From NCBI GenBank assembly GCA_938008015.1, contig CALLMA010000021.1:1-57599 (forward strand): a stretch of DNA of 57,599 bases, written 5' to 3'. Position 1 is the stretch's first letter, and each line of letters begins with the position of its first letter. A program made the position numbers and the translations under genes. Below the pieces are notes generated by a model. That model ran no database searches. It had not been told where the DNA came from and saw nothing but the letters and a program-made list of their open reading frames with translations. Shown here piece by piece: positions 47,686 through 57,599 of the stretch. The stretch is from an uncultured Celeribacter sp. Its GTDB lineage: Bacteria; Pseudomonadota; Alphaproteobacteria; Rhodobacterales; Rhodobacteraceae.

Positions 47686-48279
47686 TTATTGCCTGTATAA
47701 CTGTATGAGTTGGGCGATAATATCTTGAGCTGATTCTGAGAACCAATCGGCATCTCCAGTAAGGCGTGCGATTTCTTCGCCTTCTGGGGAGAGTATAATC
47801 GTCGCAGGCAATCCTAAGACCCCCATTTGACGCGCATTCTTGCCCTTTGGATCTAAAATGCTTTCTAGGTTGTCGATATTTGCTTCCTCAAAGAAGCGCG
47901 TAATGCTGGGGATTGTATTTCTGCCCGTTGCAATGGGTAAGACTGTCGCTCCATTGTCGTCGAATTTGTGATCCAATGCATTTAGGGCAGGCATTTCTTT
48001 GCGGCAAGGTGCGCACCATGTTGCCCAGTAGTTTACAATGGTGATTTGCCCCTTAAGAGTATCCATATCGAAATCAGTGCCATCAAAATTTTGCATAGGC
48101 TGCTGGCTCATAGGCTTTGGTGATTTGTGGAAAATAAGTTTTCGCATATCCCCTTCACGCAAGTCTTCTATCTGTGTAATTTCAGAGTTTGTGAGCTCTC
48201 GGGCTGCAGCAGCAATTGCACTAAGGCTGATTGCGGTGTACAGGGTTGCGACAAAGATAGTTTTCAACATGCGGGGCAT
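47686..48279 (-). CDS. tlpA: TlpA-family thiol:disulfide oxidoreductase
   Basis: [20 protein letters not shown] cis-Pro loop, N-terminal signal/anchor; start at 48279 or 48270. Confidence 0.9.
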   Translation of the reverse strand: MPRMLKTIFVATLYTAISLSAIAAAARELTNSEITQIEDLREGDMRKLIFHKSPKPMSQQPMQNFDGTDFDMDTLKGQITIVNYWATWCAPCRKEMPALNALDHKFDDNGATVLPIATGRNTIPSITRFFEEANIDNLESILDPKGKNARQMGVLGLPATIILSPEGEEIARLTGDADWFSESAQDIIAQLIQLYRQ

Positions 48280-48283
48280 TTCC

Positions 48284-49675
48284 ATGAGTGACAAAAAATC
48301 AAATGCGATGTGGGGCGGACGGTTTGCAGCAGGTCCTGACGCCATCATGGAAGAGATTAATGCTTCTATCGGTTATGATAAACGATTGGCATCTCAAGAT
48401 ATCGAGGGCTCACGTGCTCATGCTGCAATGCTCGCTAAACAAGGCATAATCACTGATAACGATGCCAGCGCAATTCGTGAAGGCCTTCTCACAATATTGT
48501 CAGAAATTGAGAGCGGTAAATTTGAATTTTCAGCGGCACTTGAAGATATTCATATGAATGTTGAGGCCCGTTTGAAAGATTTGATTGGTGATGCGGCGGG
48601 AAGGCTGCATACGGCGCGTTCGCGCAACGATCAAGTCGCAACAGATTTCAAACTGTGGACGCGCGAGCAGATTGATGCATCAATCGGTGGACTGGAAGCT
48701 TTAATTCAAGCTTTGCTTAAGCAGGCGGAAGCTGGCGCAGATTGGGTTATGCCGGGGTTTACGCATTTGCAAACAGCGCAGCCTGTCACATGGGGTCATC
48801 ATATGATGGCGTATGTTGAAATGTTTGCGCGCGATATGTCTCGCTTTAAAGATGCACGTGTGCGTATGAATGAATCCCCCCTAGGTGCCGCCGCTCTTGC
48901 TGGAACGGGCTTTAATATCGATCGTCATATGACAGCTGAAGCTCTCGGCTTTGATCGCCCTGCAGCGAATTCATTGGATGCGGTTTCTGATCGTGACTTT
49001 GCATTGGAATTTTTATCGAATGCGACCATTGCAGCGGTTCACCTCTCGCGCTTTGCGGAAGAATTGGTGATTTGGTCTTCCGCACAGTTTAGATTTGTAC
49101 AGCTCTCAGATCGCTTCTCAACAGGCTCTTCAATCATGCCGCAAAAGAAGAACCCTGATGCTGCAGAATTGATCCGCGCCAAGATCGGCCGGATCATGGG
49201 CTCACAAGTCGCTTTGTTAACTGTTATGAAAGGTCTTCCTTTAGCCTATTCAAAAGATATGCAAGAAGACAAAGAACAAGTTTTTGACGCCGCTGACAAT
49301 CTGATGTTGGCTCTCGCCGCAATGACGGGAATGGTATCAGATATGAATGCAAATGCGGATGAGTTGCGCAAAGCAGCTTCTTCTGGGTTTTCTACAGCAA
49401 CGGATTTGGCCGATTGGCTTGTTCGTGAGGCTGGATTGCCATTTAGAGATGCACATCATGTAACGGGTGCATTGGTGGCACTGGCTGAGCAAAATGGATG
49501 TGATTTACCTGATCTAAGCTTAGATCAAATGCAAACCGTATGTGACGCGATCACAGAGGGTGTGTTTGATGTGCTAACTGTCGATAATTCAGTTGCTTCA
49601 AGGATCAGCTACGGTGGCACAGCGCCTGAGCAGGTTAGATCGCAGATCCAAAGGTGGAAACAAGCCTTAAGCTAA
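48284..49675 (+). CDS. argH: Argininosuccinate lyase
   Basis: [42 protein letters not shown]; real start at 48284, not 48038. Confidence 0.97.
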   Translation: MSDKKSNAMWGGRFAAGPDAIMEEINASIGYDKRLASQDIEGSRAHAAMLAKQGIITDNDASAIREGLLTILSEIESGKFEFSAALEDIHMNVEARLKDLIGDAAGRLHTARSRNDQVATDFKLWTREQIDASIGGLEALIQALLKQAEAGADWVMPGFTHLQTAQPVTWGHHMMAYVEMFARDMSRFKDARVRMNESPLGAAALAGTGFNIDRHMTAEALGFDRPAANSLDAVSDRDFALEFLSNATIAAVHLSRFAEELVIWSSAQFRFVQLSDRFSTGSSIMPQKKNPDAAELIRAKIGRIMGSQVALLTVMKGLPLAYSKDMQEDKEQVFDAADNLMLALAAMTGMVSDMNANADELRKAASSGFSTATDLADWLVREAGLPFRDAHHVTGALVALAEQNGCDLPDLSLDQMQTVCDAITEGVFDVLTVDNSVASRISYGGTAPEQVRSQIQRWKQALS

Positions 49676-49707
49676 AAATCTTAAGGCGCGATTTTTAGGG
49701 GATTGAA

Positions 49708-49869
49708 ATGCGGGTGGTGATGTTGATCGTTCTAGGTGGATTTTTGGCAGGGTGTGGCGTAGATGGTGCGCCCATTAAGCCGAGCTCTGGCGTGCAGACA
49801 ACCTTTGGATTTGGAGCTGCTCAAAGCGGGTTTGATGATGGTTTGTTGAAAGTTCGCTTTGGCAATTAG
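49708..49869 (+). CDS. Small lipoprotein (53 aa), LptM/YifL-like; not in the ORF track
   Basis: MRVVMLIVLGGFLAG-CGVDGAPIKP...FGN; lipobox LAGC; fills the argH-lysA gap. Confidence 0.75.
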   Translation: MRVVMLIVLGGFLAGCGVDGAPIKPSSGVQTTFGFGAAQSGFDDGLLKVRFGN

Positions 49870-49940
49870 CTGCGATGGTCCATCAGCAATGTGCATACAT
49901 AAATCGCTATTTCAATTTTGATTATTAAGAGAAAATACAA

Positions 49941-51209
49941 ATGGATTACTTTATTTATAAAGACGGCACATTGCATGCTGAAGATGTGCCTTTAACTGAA
50001 ATAGCGAAAGAGGTGGGAACGCCTTTTTATGTATATTCTGCGGCTACATTTAAGCGCCACTTTGAATTGTTTGATGAGGCGCTTGCGGGCATGGATCATC
50101 TTGTTTGCTTTGCGATGAAGTCGAACTCTAATCAGGCGATTTTGAAGCTGATGGCAGATCTTGGCGCGGGGATGGATGTTGTTTCTATCGGTGAATATCT
50201 GCGCGCGAAAGCGGCGGGGGTTTCTGGCGATAAGATCGTCTTTTCAGGTGTCGGCAAAACGCGCGAAGAGATGCAAATTGCGCTTGAAGGCGGCATTCGT
50301 CAATTTAATGTTGAAAGCGAACCTGAGCTTGAAGTCTTAAATGAGGTTGCGCTTTCTTTAGGTGTGAAAGCTCCGATCACTATTCGCGTCAATCCAGATG
50401 TCGACGCAAAGACACATGCGAAAATTGCGACGGGCAAGTCAGAGAATAAATTTGGCATTCCGATTGCAAAATCTCGTGATGTTTATGCAAAGGCTGGCGA
50501 GATGGCAGGCATTGATGTGATCGGCGTCGATGTGCATATTGGATCACAATTGACCGAGTTAGAGCCTTTTGAATTGGCCTTTCAAAAAGTTGCAGAGTTG
50601 ACTGAACAGCTGCGAGAAGGCGGGCATAATATACGCCGCCTTGATCTGGGGGGAGGTTTGGGTATTCCTTATGAGAAAAGTAATACCGTGCCGCCTTTGC
50701 CAAGTGATTATGGTGCGATGATCAAGCGCACTCTTGGGCATTTGGGATGTGAGATTGAAGTTGAACCAGGGCGATTTATTTCAGGCAATGCTGGGCTTTT
50801 GGTCTCTTCAGTGATTTATATCAAAGAAGGTGAAGGCCGTGATTTCACGATTGTGGATGCAGCCATGAATGATCTGTTGCGCCCTGCGATGTATGAAGCG
50901 CATCATGATATCGTGCCTGTTGTTGAACCAAATGCAGGCATTGAAAAAACGGCTTATGATATTGTTGGGCCTGTATGTGAAACGGGTGACACATTCGCGA
51001 AAGGCCGTGAGATGGCTCCGCTTAAGGCAGATGATCTCGTTGCTTTCCGTTCTGCGGGGGCTTACGCTGCATCAATGGCGTCAGAATATAATACGCGGCC
51101 TTTGGTGCCTGAGGTTTTAGTTTCAGGCGATCAATTTGCTGTGGTGCGTCAGCGTCCGAGCTATGAGGAAATTATTGGCCGCGATATTATTCCTGATTGG
51201 ATGTCATAG
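49941..51209 (+). CDS. lysA: Diaminopimelate decarboxylase
   Basis: GTPFYVYS, FAMKSN, HIGSQ, LDLGGG, EPGR, GPVCETGD, YNTRP. Confidence 0.97.
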   Translation: MDYFIYKDGTLHAEDVPLTEIAKEVGTPFYVYSAATFKRHFELFDEALAGMDHLVCFAMKSNSNQAILKLMADLGAGMDVVSIGEYLRAKAAGVSGDKIVFSGVGKTREEMQIALEGGIRQFNVESEPELEVLNEVALSLGVKAPITIRVNPDVDAKTHAKIATGKSENKFGIPIAKSRDVYAKAGEMAGIDVIGVDVHIGSQLTELEPFELAFQKVAELTEQLREGGHNIRRLDLGGGLGIPYEKSNTVPPLPSDYGAMIKRTLGHLGCEIEVEPGRFISGNAGLLVSSVIYIKEGEGRDFTIVDAAMNDLLRPAMYEAHHDIVPVVEPNAGIEKTAYDIVGPVCETGDTFAKGREMAPLKADDLVAFRSAGAYAASMASEYNTRPLVPEVLVSGDQFAVVRQRPSYEEIIGRDIIPDWMS

Positions 51210-51212
51210 CCT

Positions 51213-51896
51213 TTACAGATTTGACGCAATATACTCATTATAGAGCGCCATCATCGTTTCAATGGCGCTCTTTATATATGTGCTCATAATATTTATGACG
51301 CCATCAAGATGGCCGCGCAATTGGTTTAAATAATCCACATAGCTTTTCATGAGAGGGGCGAGGACCGGTTCATTTTCAGCTATCTGAGGGGCATAATAAT
51401 AGAGCGCGATGCTCAGGCAGCTCAATAAAACAATGCACCAAAAGACCAGGCGGCCAAGGCGCTTTCCTGATTTTACGGGGGGGACGCTTTTTTCAGCTGC
51501 AGGCGGTTCAGGCTGTAGGTATTTTTGGACGAGTTCATCTTCAAACGCATCCTCATCAGCAATGAGATCACTTTGATTTTGGGTGACTTCATCACGCAAA
51601 TAATCGTCTGCCACAACAGGCTGGGACGGCTCTATATCGTCCTCAATTGAAGTGCTCTTTTGATTGGGTTTGTTATATCGAGAAAACTCAGCCTCAGCTT
51701 TGAGGATTTCCTTGATATCTTCACTGAGACTTTGCTTTGGGGCAGTGTCCTCATTGGGCTGGAGTTCCGCCTGATCAGGACCGACTTGGAACCATTTATG
51801 CTTACAGCTGTAACAATGAACCTCTCGCCCTTCTTTCGGGATTTGAGCGGTGTCGACATCATATTCTGCATCACAATTTGGACAAATTATCTGCAT
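51213..51896 (-). CDS. Zinc-ribbon (MJ0042-type finger) bitopic membrane protein
   Basis: CPNC...GREVHCYSC...WFQ, acidic linker, single TM; divergent from ftsE. Confidence 0.85.
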   Translation of the reverse strand: MQIICPNCDAEYDVDTAQIPKEGREVHCYSCKHKWFQVGPDQAELQPNEDTAPKQSLSEDIKEILKAEAEFSRYNKPNQKSTSIEDDIEPSQPVVADDYLRDEVTQNQSDLIADEDAFEDELVQKYLQPEPPAAEKSVPPVKSGKRLGRLVFWCIVLLSCLSIALYYYAPQIAENEPVLAPLMKSYVDYLNQLRGHLDGVINIMSTYIKSAIETMMALYNEYIASNL

Positions 51897-52038
51897 GGGG
51901 GAGTTTCTGCCTGATTTGTTATTTTTCTGTGGGGTAAATGTAGCGTTATCTGTGGCTTTGTCTATGTTTTTTCATAGGACACATTGCAAGCATAGCAACT
52001 ATCATGCAGATTGTGCCAAAATAAAAGGAAAATATTGC

Positions 52039-52710
52039 GTGATCGAGTTTCATAATGTCAGTTATGGGTATGGGGGAAAGTTGCTTCTTGGCGAATTGAA
52101 CCTCTCTTTGTTACCTGGGTCTTTTCACTTTCTGACAGGTCCATCTGGTGCAGGCAAAACGACTTTTTTGAAGCTGTGTTATAAAGAGATCAATCCCGCT
52201 TCGGGGCATGTCACAATTTTGGGCAAAGACGCTCGTTTTTTATCTCGCGATGATATTGCATTATTGCGCCAAAAAATTGGCGTTATTCATCAAGATAGTC
52301 AGTTTTTGGATCATCTCAATGTGCTCGAAAATGTCGCCTTGCCGCTCACTGTTGCGGGGCGGCCGCGATCTGATGATGATATCATGGAGTTGTTGCAGTG
52401 GGTTGGCCTTGGTGAACAAGCTTACGCCTTGCCGCAGGAGCTTTCGGGCGGTGAGCGGCAAAGGGTGGCACTGGCGCGCGCCTTGATAACCTCTCCCGAT
52501 ATTATTTTGGCAGATGAACCGACGGGGAATGTGGATTGGGAAATGTCGACTAAGCTTTTGCATTTATTGGTTGAGCTCAATAAAATGGGGAAAACTGTGG
52601 TTATTGCCACGCATGACATGCATTTAATTCGTAAGGCGAAAGCTTCTGTGCAAACGCGTGTGATGCGTATTGCAAACCAAAGGCTACAATTGGCAGGATC
52701 TGATTTATAA
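52039..52710 (+). CDS. ftsE: Cell division ATP-binding protein FtsE
   Basis: LTGPSGAGKT, LSGGERQR, LADEPTGNVD, IATHD; GTG 52039 after AAGGA. Confidence 0.92.
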   Translation: MIEFHNVSYGYGGKLLLGELNLSLLPGSFHFLTGPSGAGKTTFLKLCYKEINPASGHVTILGKDARFLSRDDIALLRQKIGVIHQDSQFLDHLNVLENVALPLTVAGRPRSDDDIMELLQWVGLGEQAYALPQELSGGERQRVALARALITSPDIILADEPTGNVDWEMSTKLLHLLVELNKMGKTVVIATHDMHLIRKAKASVQTRVMRIANQRLQLAGSDL

Positions 52711-53606
52711 TGATATTTAGCCTCAACCAAGCTATTGTGCGTTTCAAAAATCGAACTGCCATTGTGCCGCCTTCTGGTTTCACAGCGCAATTAACATTGC
52801 TGAGCTCTGCCGCGATGGCCTTTTTGGCCGTTTTTGCATTGGCTCTATCTCTGGCAGCAGATCGATTGGCTCAAAGATGGGGCGATGAGCTTTCTCAATC
52901 GTCAACGCTGCGCATATCTGCGCCTGTTGAGCAAATTGACGCGCAAACGCGACAAGCGCTTAGAGTTTTAGAGACCACTCCGGGAGTGGAAACTGCAAAT
53001 TTACTAGATGATGAAAGTATCAAGCAGCTTTTAGAACCATGGTTGGGGCCGGAATTGCCCATTCATGATCTGCCATTGCCTGCCATTATTGAGATTACAG
53101 AAGCAGGTGCTGGGTATGATGGTGAAGCCTTGCGCTTGCGTTTGGCGGGCGAAGTTCCTGGTGCGGTTTTGGATGATCATACGCGCTGGCGGCGCCCGCT
53201 CGTGGAATCAGCGCAGCATTTGCGGCTTATGGGAAGTCTTTCGTTGATCTTAATCGGAACCGTTGTTGCGGGTATTATTACACTAGCAGCTCATGCGGCC
53301 TTGGCAGCGAATGAGCGTGTTATAAAGACTTTGCGACTTGTTGGAGCAAAAGATCGCTATATCGCGCGCGCTTTTGTACGTCGTTTTACTTTGCGAGGTC
53401 TTTGGGGAGGTTTTGTCGGGAGTCTTGCTGGCATGATCTCCATTTCATTCCTACCGCCTCTCTCTGAGGTGGGTGGATTTCTTACGGGGCTAGGGTTTGT
53501 TGGTGCGCAATGGGCTTTGCCATTTCTGATCCCTTGCCTTATTGCCGTTGTTGCCTATGTCACAACACAAATTGCGGCGCGCCGCGTTTTAAGGAGCTTT
53601 ATGTAA
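52710..53606 (+). CDS. ftsX: Cell division permease FtsX
   Basis: TM-periplasmic-3TM layout, LLEPWLG, LDDH..W, LRLVGAKD.YIA. Confidence 0.9.
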   Translation: MIFSLNQAIVRFKNRTAIVPPSGFTAQLTLLSSAAMAFLAVFALALSLAADRLAQRWGDELSQSSTLRISAPVEQIDAQTRQALRVLETTPGVETANLLDDESIKQLLEPWLGPELPIHDLPLPAIIEITEAGAGYDGEALRLRLAGEVPGAVLDDHTRWRRPLVESAQHLRLMGSLSLILIGTVVAGIITLAAHAALAANERVIKTLRLVGAKDRYIARAFVRRFTLRGLWGGFVGSLAGMISISFLPPLSEVGGFLTGLGFVGAQWALPFLIPCLIAVVAYVTTQIAARRVLRSFM

Positions 53607-54328
53607 TGTGGACACCTATTCAGTGGTTGTTGTCGATCTTCTTTATTATCCAAATGTATGTGATGATGGCGGTCATAGGCATATTGTTCATTCCACTTGC
53701 TTTGATGAAGCGTGATTTGGCGTTTACGGCGGTTCATTTGTATTGCCGCTGGGTTTGTATATCGGCACGCCTGATTGTGGGTATAAAATGTGAAATTCGC
53801 GGTGAGGCGCCTCAAGATGAGGTGCTCATCGGGGCAAAGCATCAAAGCTTTTTAGATATTATTATGATTGCCTCTGTTGTACCGCGCCCGAAGTTTATTA
53901 TGAAAAAGGAACTGATGTGGGCGCCAATTCTCGGTTTCTATGCCAAGAGGCTGAAGTGCATCGCGGTTGATAGAGGCAAACGCTCCGCGGCCATAAAGAA
54001 AATGATCGCAGATGCAAAAGCTTCAAGCGACATGGCGGGCCAATTGATCATATTTCCGCAAGGAACACGCGTCGCGCCAGCTGTAAAACAGCCTTATAAA
54101 ATTGGGGCAGGGGTTCTCTATGATAAGTTGAAGCAAGATTGTGTGCCTGCGGCGACGAATGTGGGCGTTCTCTGGCCAAAGCATAGTTTGTTGCGAAAGC
54201 GTGGTGTGGCTGTTGTTGAGTTTTTACCACGTATTGAAAAGGGTAAAGAGCTGAGTGTTTTTATGCGCGAGTTGGAAGAAGCTGTAGAAGGCGCCTCGGA
54301 TCGTTTTCTGGAAAATCCCACGAAGTAA
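53606..54328 (+). CDS. plsC: 1-acyl-sn-glycerol-3-phosphate acyltransferase
   Basis: KHQSFLD, IMKKEL, VDRG, IFPQGTR; TAATG coupling to ftsX. Confidence 0.88.
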   Translation: MWTPIQWLLSIFFIIQMYVMMAVIGILFIPLALMKRDLAFTAVHLYCRWVCISARLIVGIKCEIRGEAPQDEVLIGAKHQSFLDIIMIASVVPRPKFIMKKELMWAPILGFYAKRLKCIAVDRGKRSAAIKKMIADAKASSDMAGQLIIFPQGTRVAPAVKQPYKIGAGVLYDKLKQDCVPAATNVGVLWPKHSLLRKRGVAVVEFLPRIEKGKELSVFMRELEEAVEGASDRFLENPTK

Positions 54329-54487
54329 TATTAAATTCCTCCCGTATTTTTTTATATATCGGGAGGATATTTGTTTTTTGTCGCTATTTTCGGTGTAATT
54401 GCCCATAAATTACCTGTTGATGAGGGAGTTAGCATTCTTTTCCCATGTTTATTTGATAATCTGATAATGAATTTTGGAGGAACAAAA

Positions 54488-55495
54488 ATGATTAAAACCC
54501 CATATCTATTATTTTTAGGTGACGCGCCCGATCAACTCTCTGCAAAAGTGGCGCAAGGCATTAAAGATTGGCGCCCTGAGTATGCTGTCGGCCAATATCG
54601 AATGGAGGGCTGCAACGCGGATATGGGTGTCGCTGATATGAATTTGCAAGAAGCGCGAGAGGCGGGTGCTCACACTCTTGTGATTGGTGTTGCCAATCGT
54701 GGCGGTATTATTTCGCCTTCATGGAAAACGGTTCTCATCGAGGCTTTAAAAGAAGGCTTCGATCTCGCTTCGGGCTTACATAATTTACTTAATGATGAAG
54801 AAGATCTTGTCTCAGTGGCGAAAGAATACGGTCGCCAATTGCATGATGTTCGCATTCCCTCAACAGATTATCCCATTGCCAGCGGCATCAAGCGCAAAGG
54901 ATTGCGTTGCCTTGCTGTTGGAACGGATTGTTCCGTTGGTAAAATGTATACGGCGATGGCATTAGATAAAGAAATGCGCGCAAGTGGGATGAAATCTACA
55001 TTCCGCGCGACAGGTCAGACAGGGATTTTAATCACAGGCGATGGCGTGCCCCTTGATGCAGTAATCGCGGATTTTATGGCAGGTTCTATCGAATGGCTGA
55101 CGCCTGATAATGATGACGATCATTGGGATCTTATCGAAGGGCAGGGCAGTCTTTTCCATATCTCCTATTCAGGTGTGACAATGGCGCTAATCCATGGTGG
55201 GCAACCTGATGCGCTGATCTTATGCCATGAGCCAACGCGCGAGCATATGCGAGGGCTTCCAGATTACAAGCTGCGCTCTCTTGAAGAGCTTCGCGTCTTA
55301 GCGCTTGGCTTGGCGCAGATGGCGAATGCAAATTGCAAAGTTGTTGGCGTTTCTGTGAATACTCAGCATTTAAATGAGGCTGAGGCGAAGGCGTATATTG
55401 AGCAAATCGAACAAGAAATGGCATTGCCAACAACGGATCCTTTCCGATTTGGAGCGAGCAAGCTCGTCTCGGCTTTAGCGGCTTATGAAGCGTAA
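54488..55495 (+). CDS. dgcN: DUF1611 protein, D-glutamate N-acetyltransferase DgcN-like
   Basis: ASGLH, VGTDCSVGKMYT, ATGQTGI, IEGQGSL.H; GGAGG RBS before ATG 54488. Confidence 0.85.
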   Translation: MIKTPYLLFLGDAPDQLSAKVAQGIKDWRPEYAVGQYRMEGCNADMGVADMNLQEAREAGAHTLVIGVANRGGIISPSWKTVLIEALKEGFDLASGLHNLLNDEEDLVSVAKEYGRQLHDVRIPSTDYPIASGIKRKGLRCLAVGTDCSVGKMYTAMALDKEMRASGMKSTFRATGQTGILITGDGVPLDAVIADFMAGSIEWLTPDNDDDHWDLIEGQGSLFHISYSGVTMALIHGGQPDALILCHEPTREHMRGLPDYKLRSLEELRVLALGLAQMANANCKVVGVSVNTQHLNEAEAKAYIEQIEQEMALPTTDPFRFGASKLVSALAAYEA

Positions 55496-55511
55496 AACGT
55501 AGGTGCAACAC

Positions 55512-56477
55512 ATGAAAAGAAATATTGAAAAAGAAGTGTTTGCCTTAGCAGAAGCCTTTGTGATTTCTCGAGGAGCACGAACACAAGCGGAAGTGATCAG
55601 CATCGGCTTGGAAAATGATGGTTTTTTTGGCCATGGCGAATGCGTTCCTTATGCGCGTTATGGTGAGAGCTTGGAGTCAGTGCAGGCTCAAATTGAAGCT
55701 TTGCCAGAAGATATTGCGCGCCATGAGATTCAAGAGGCGCTCGCACCTGGCGCGGCTAGAAATGCATATGATTGCGCTTTGTGGGATCTGGAGGCGAAAA
55801 AAGAAAATAAACGAGTTTGGGAATTGCTGTCTCTTCAAGCGCCAAACCCTGTCAAAACAGCTTATACTCTCTCCCTCGGCGAGCCTGAACAAATGGAACA
55901 AGCCGCGCGCAAGCACAGCCATAGATCTCTTTTAAAGATCAAACTTGGCACAGAAGAAGATATGAAGCGCCTTGAAGCTGTTCGTCGCGGTGCGCCGACA
56001 TCGCGCATTATCGTTGATGCCAATGAGGGGTGGAGTGCAGACGTCTATACCGAGCTTGCGCCACATCTTTTGCGTTTAGGCGTTTCTCTTGTTGAGCAAC
56101 CAATGCCGGCTGGCGCTGACGATCTCTTGGCGGAAATCGAACGCCCACTCCCCGTATGCGCCGATGAATCCTGCCATGACCGCACAAGTTTGCAAAAGCT
56201 TCGTGGTAAATATGATTACATTAATATCAAGCTCGATAAGACAGGGGGCCTCACGGAGGCGCTGCAACTTAAAGAAATGGCGCTCAAAGAGGGCTTTGGT
56301 ATTATGGTCGGTTGCATGGTTGGATCATCGCTCGCAATGGCCCCTGCTATGGTACTTGCGCAGGGGGCAGAGGTTGTTGATCTTGACGCACCGCTGTTTT
56401 TAGCCGATGACCGCAAGTATGGATTGCAATATGAACAAGATTTTGTTCATCCTCCTGCTCGGGAGCTGTGGGGATAA
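55512..56477 (+). CDS. dgcA: Enolase-superfamily epimerase, N-acetyl-D-Glu racemase DgcA-like
   Basis: FVISRG, GECVPY, LKIKLG, VDANEGW, EQP, ADES, NIKLDKTGG, GCM, DLD. Confidence 0.85.
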   Translation: MKRNIEKEVFALAEAFVISRGARTQAEVISIGLENDGFFGHGECVPYARYGESLESVQAQIEALPEDIARHEIQEALAPGAARNAYDCALWDLEAKKENKRVWELLSLQAPNPVKTAYTLSLGEPEQMEQAARKHSHRSLLKIKLGTEEDMKRLEAVRRGAPTSRIIVDANEGWSADVYTELAPHLLRLGVSLVEQPMPAGADDLLAEIERPLPVCADESCHDRTSLQKLRGKYDYINIKLDKTGGLTEALQLKEMALKEGFGIMVGCMVGSSLAMAPAMVLAQGAEVVDLDAPLFLADDRKYGLQYEQDFVHPPARELWG

Positions 56478-56518
56478 TTCATTATTTGAAAACGAATTGA
56501 GAAGGTGAGGGGGCAGAT

Positions 56519-57379
56519 ATGAGCCAAGTTGTTTATGTAAATGGGGAATATGTTGCAGCAGAGGATGCGAAAATATCTGTTTTTGATCGTGGCTTCTTGA
56601 TGGCAGATGCTGTTTATGAGGTCACTTCTGTTTTAGGTGGAAAGCTGATTGATTTTGAAGGCCATGTGACGAGGTTGCAGCGCTCTTTAAGTGAATTGCA
56701 GATGATGGCGCCTGTCTCGATGGATGAGTTGCTAGAAATCCATCGTCAAATTATCGCACGCAACAATATTGATGAAGGCGGTGTTTATCTGCAAGTGACG
56801 CGGGGCGCTGATGTCGCACGCGACTTCGTATGGCCTGATCCTGAAGTTGTTAAAGGTGGCATTGTGCTCTTTGGCTTTGAGAAGCCGCTTGTGAATGCGA
56901 AGGTTCTTGAAGAGGGCATCAGTGTTATCTCTCAACCAGATGAACGCTGGGGGCGCCGTGATATTAAAACAACGCAGCTTCTCTATCCTTCATTTGCAAA
57001 AATGCAAGCAAAGCAGCAAGGGGCGGGCGATGCTTGGTTTGTTGAAGAGGGTTATGTCACGGAAGGAACCGCAAATAACGCTTATATCGTTAAAGACGGT
57101 GTTATTATTACACGCCAACTGACAAATGATATCCTCCATGGGATCACACGCGCCGCAATTTTGCGTTTTGCAAGTGAAGCGCAAATGAAAGTCGAGGAAC
57201 GCCCTTTTACCATCGAAGAAGCACAATCGGCCGATGAAGCCTTTGTGACCTCAGCAACGGGGTTTGCACAGCCGGTGATCAAGATTGATGGTGTAGACAT
57301 TGGAACAGGAAAGCCAGGGCCAATATCAGTGCGTTTGCGTGAAATTTACACAGAAGAAATGAGAAAAACGGCTGTTTAA
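56519..57379 (+). CDS. dat: D-amino-acid transaminase (fold-type IV PLP enzyme)
   Basis: SVFDRGF.MAD.VYEV, YLQVTRG, RDIKT, TEGTANN, ILHGITR, EAFVTS. Confidence 0.9.
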   Translation: MSQVVYVNGEYVAAEDAKISVFDRGFLMADAVYEVTSVLGGKLIDFEGHVTRLQRSLSELQMMAPVSMDELLEIHRQIIARNNIDEGGVYLQVTRGADVARDFVWPDPEVVKGGIVLFGFEKPLVNAKVLEEGISVISQPDERWGRRDIKTTQLLYPSFAKMQAKQQGAGDAWFVEEGYVTEGTANNAYIVKDGVIITRQLTNDILHGITRAAILRFASEAQMKVEERPFTIEEAQSADEAFVTSATGFAQPVIKIDGVDIGTGKPGPISVRLREIYTEEMRKTAV

Positions 57380-57388
57380 GCCGTTTTT
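57364..57388. terminator. Bidirectional terminator overlapping the dat stop codon
   Basis: AAAAACGGCT-GTTTA-AGCCGTTTTT. Confidence 0.75.
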
Positions 57389-57399
57389 AATTCATCAGC

Positions 57400-57597
57400 T
57401 TAAAGCTGTTGTTCATTTTCTAACTTAGAAAGATGATGCTTCACCATTGCTGTTTTAAAAGCCCATAAGCTTACAGGAATACCAACGATCCAGCCTGCAA
57501 GGTTTCCCGAAAATTGGGCTTGTTGCGGGTAGCCAAGGCTGGACACTAATAAGCCCACAACGAACCCCGCAATAAAGCCTGCAATAAATCCAAAAAC
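57400..57597 (-). CDS. 3' part of a small membrane protein, truncated by the window edge
   Basis: Open frame VFGFIAGFIAGFVVGLLVSS...GWIVGIPVSLWAFKTAMVKHH...QQL*; two hydrophobic helices. Confidence 0.6.
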   Translation of the reverse strand, partial: VFGFIAGFIAGFVVGLLVSSLGYPQQAQFSGNLAGWIVGIPVSLWAFKTAMVKHHLSKLENEQQL

Positions 57598-57599
57598 AG

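Noticed and set aside
48038-48283. N-terminal extension of ArgH, and similar extensions for acpP, rpsJ, ftsE, plsC and dgcN in the track
   Set aside because: Longest-ORF artefacts; family N-termini and RBSs point to the downstream starts

Overview
Chromosomal segment of an alphaproteobacterium, most likely a moderately AT-rich Rhodobacterales/Roseobacteraceae member (inferred from gene content and protein motifs). Housekeeping blocks: uvrB, rluA, sdaA, parE, tRNA-Trp-secE-nusG, fabD-fabG-acpP-fabF-mltG, rpsJ-rplC-rplD-rplW, tlpA/argH-lysA, ftsEX-plsC and dgcN-dgcA-dat. The main accessory content is a nearly complete RcGTA-type gene transfer agent head-tail cluster (about 17.2-39.1 kb) with no internal stop codons. 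The cluster is split: the small and large terminase genes are separated from portal-to-baseplate by a 7.1 kb housekeeping block that carries essential proS and ends in a terminator. Other GTA oddities are five 17-bp tandem repeats ending in the capsid RBS, a double stem-loop after the capsid gene, no g3.5 gene, substitutions at the protease and hub motifs, and a coupled DUF2793 fibre gene followed by capsule-export, PMM and H-type lectin genes. Outside the GTA there is a candidate sRNA (perfect 18-bp stem whose loop is a G-quadruplex/i-motif pattern), a small lipoprotein ORF absent from the track, an in-frame deletion in rplD and several broken conserved gene orders. All calls come from motif recognition by eye; no searches were run.
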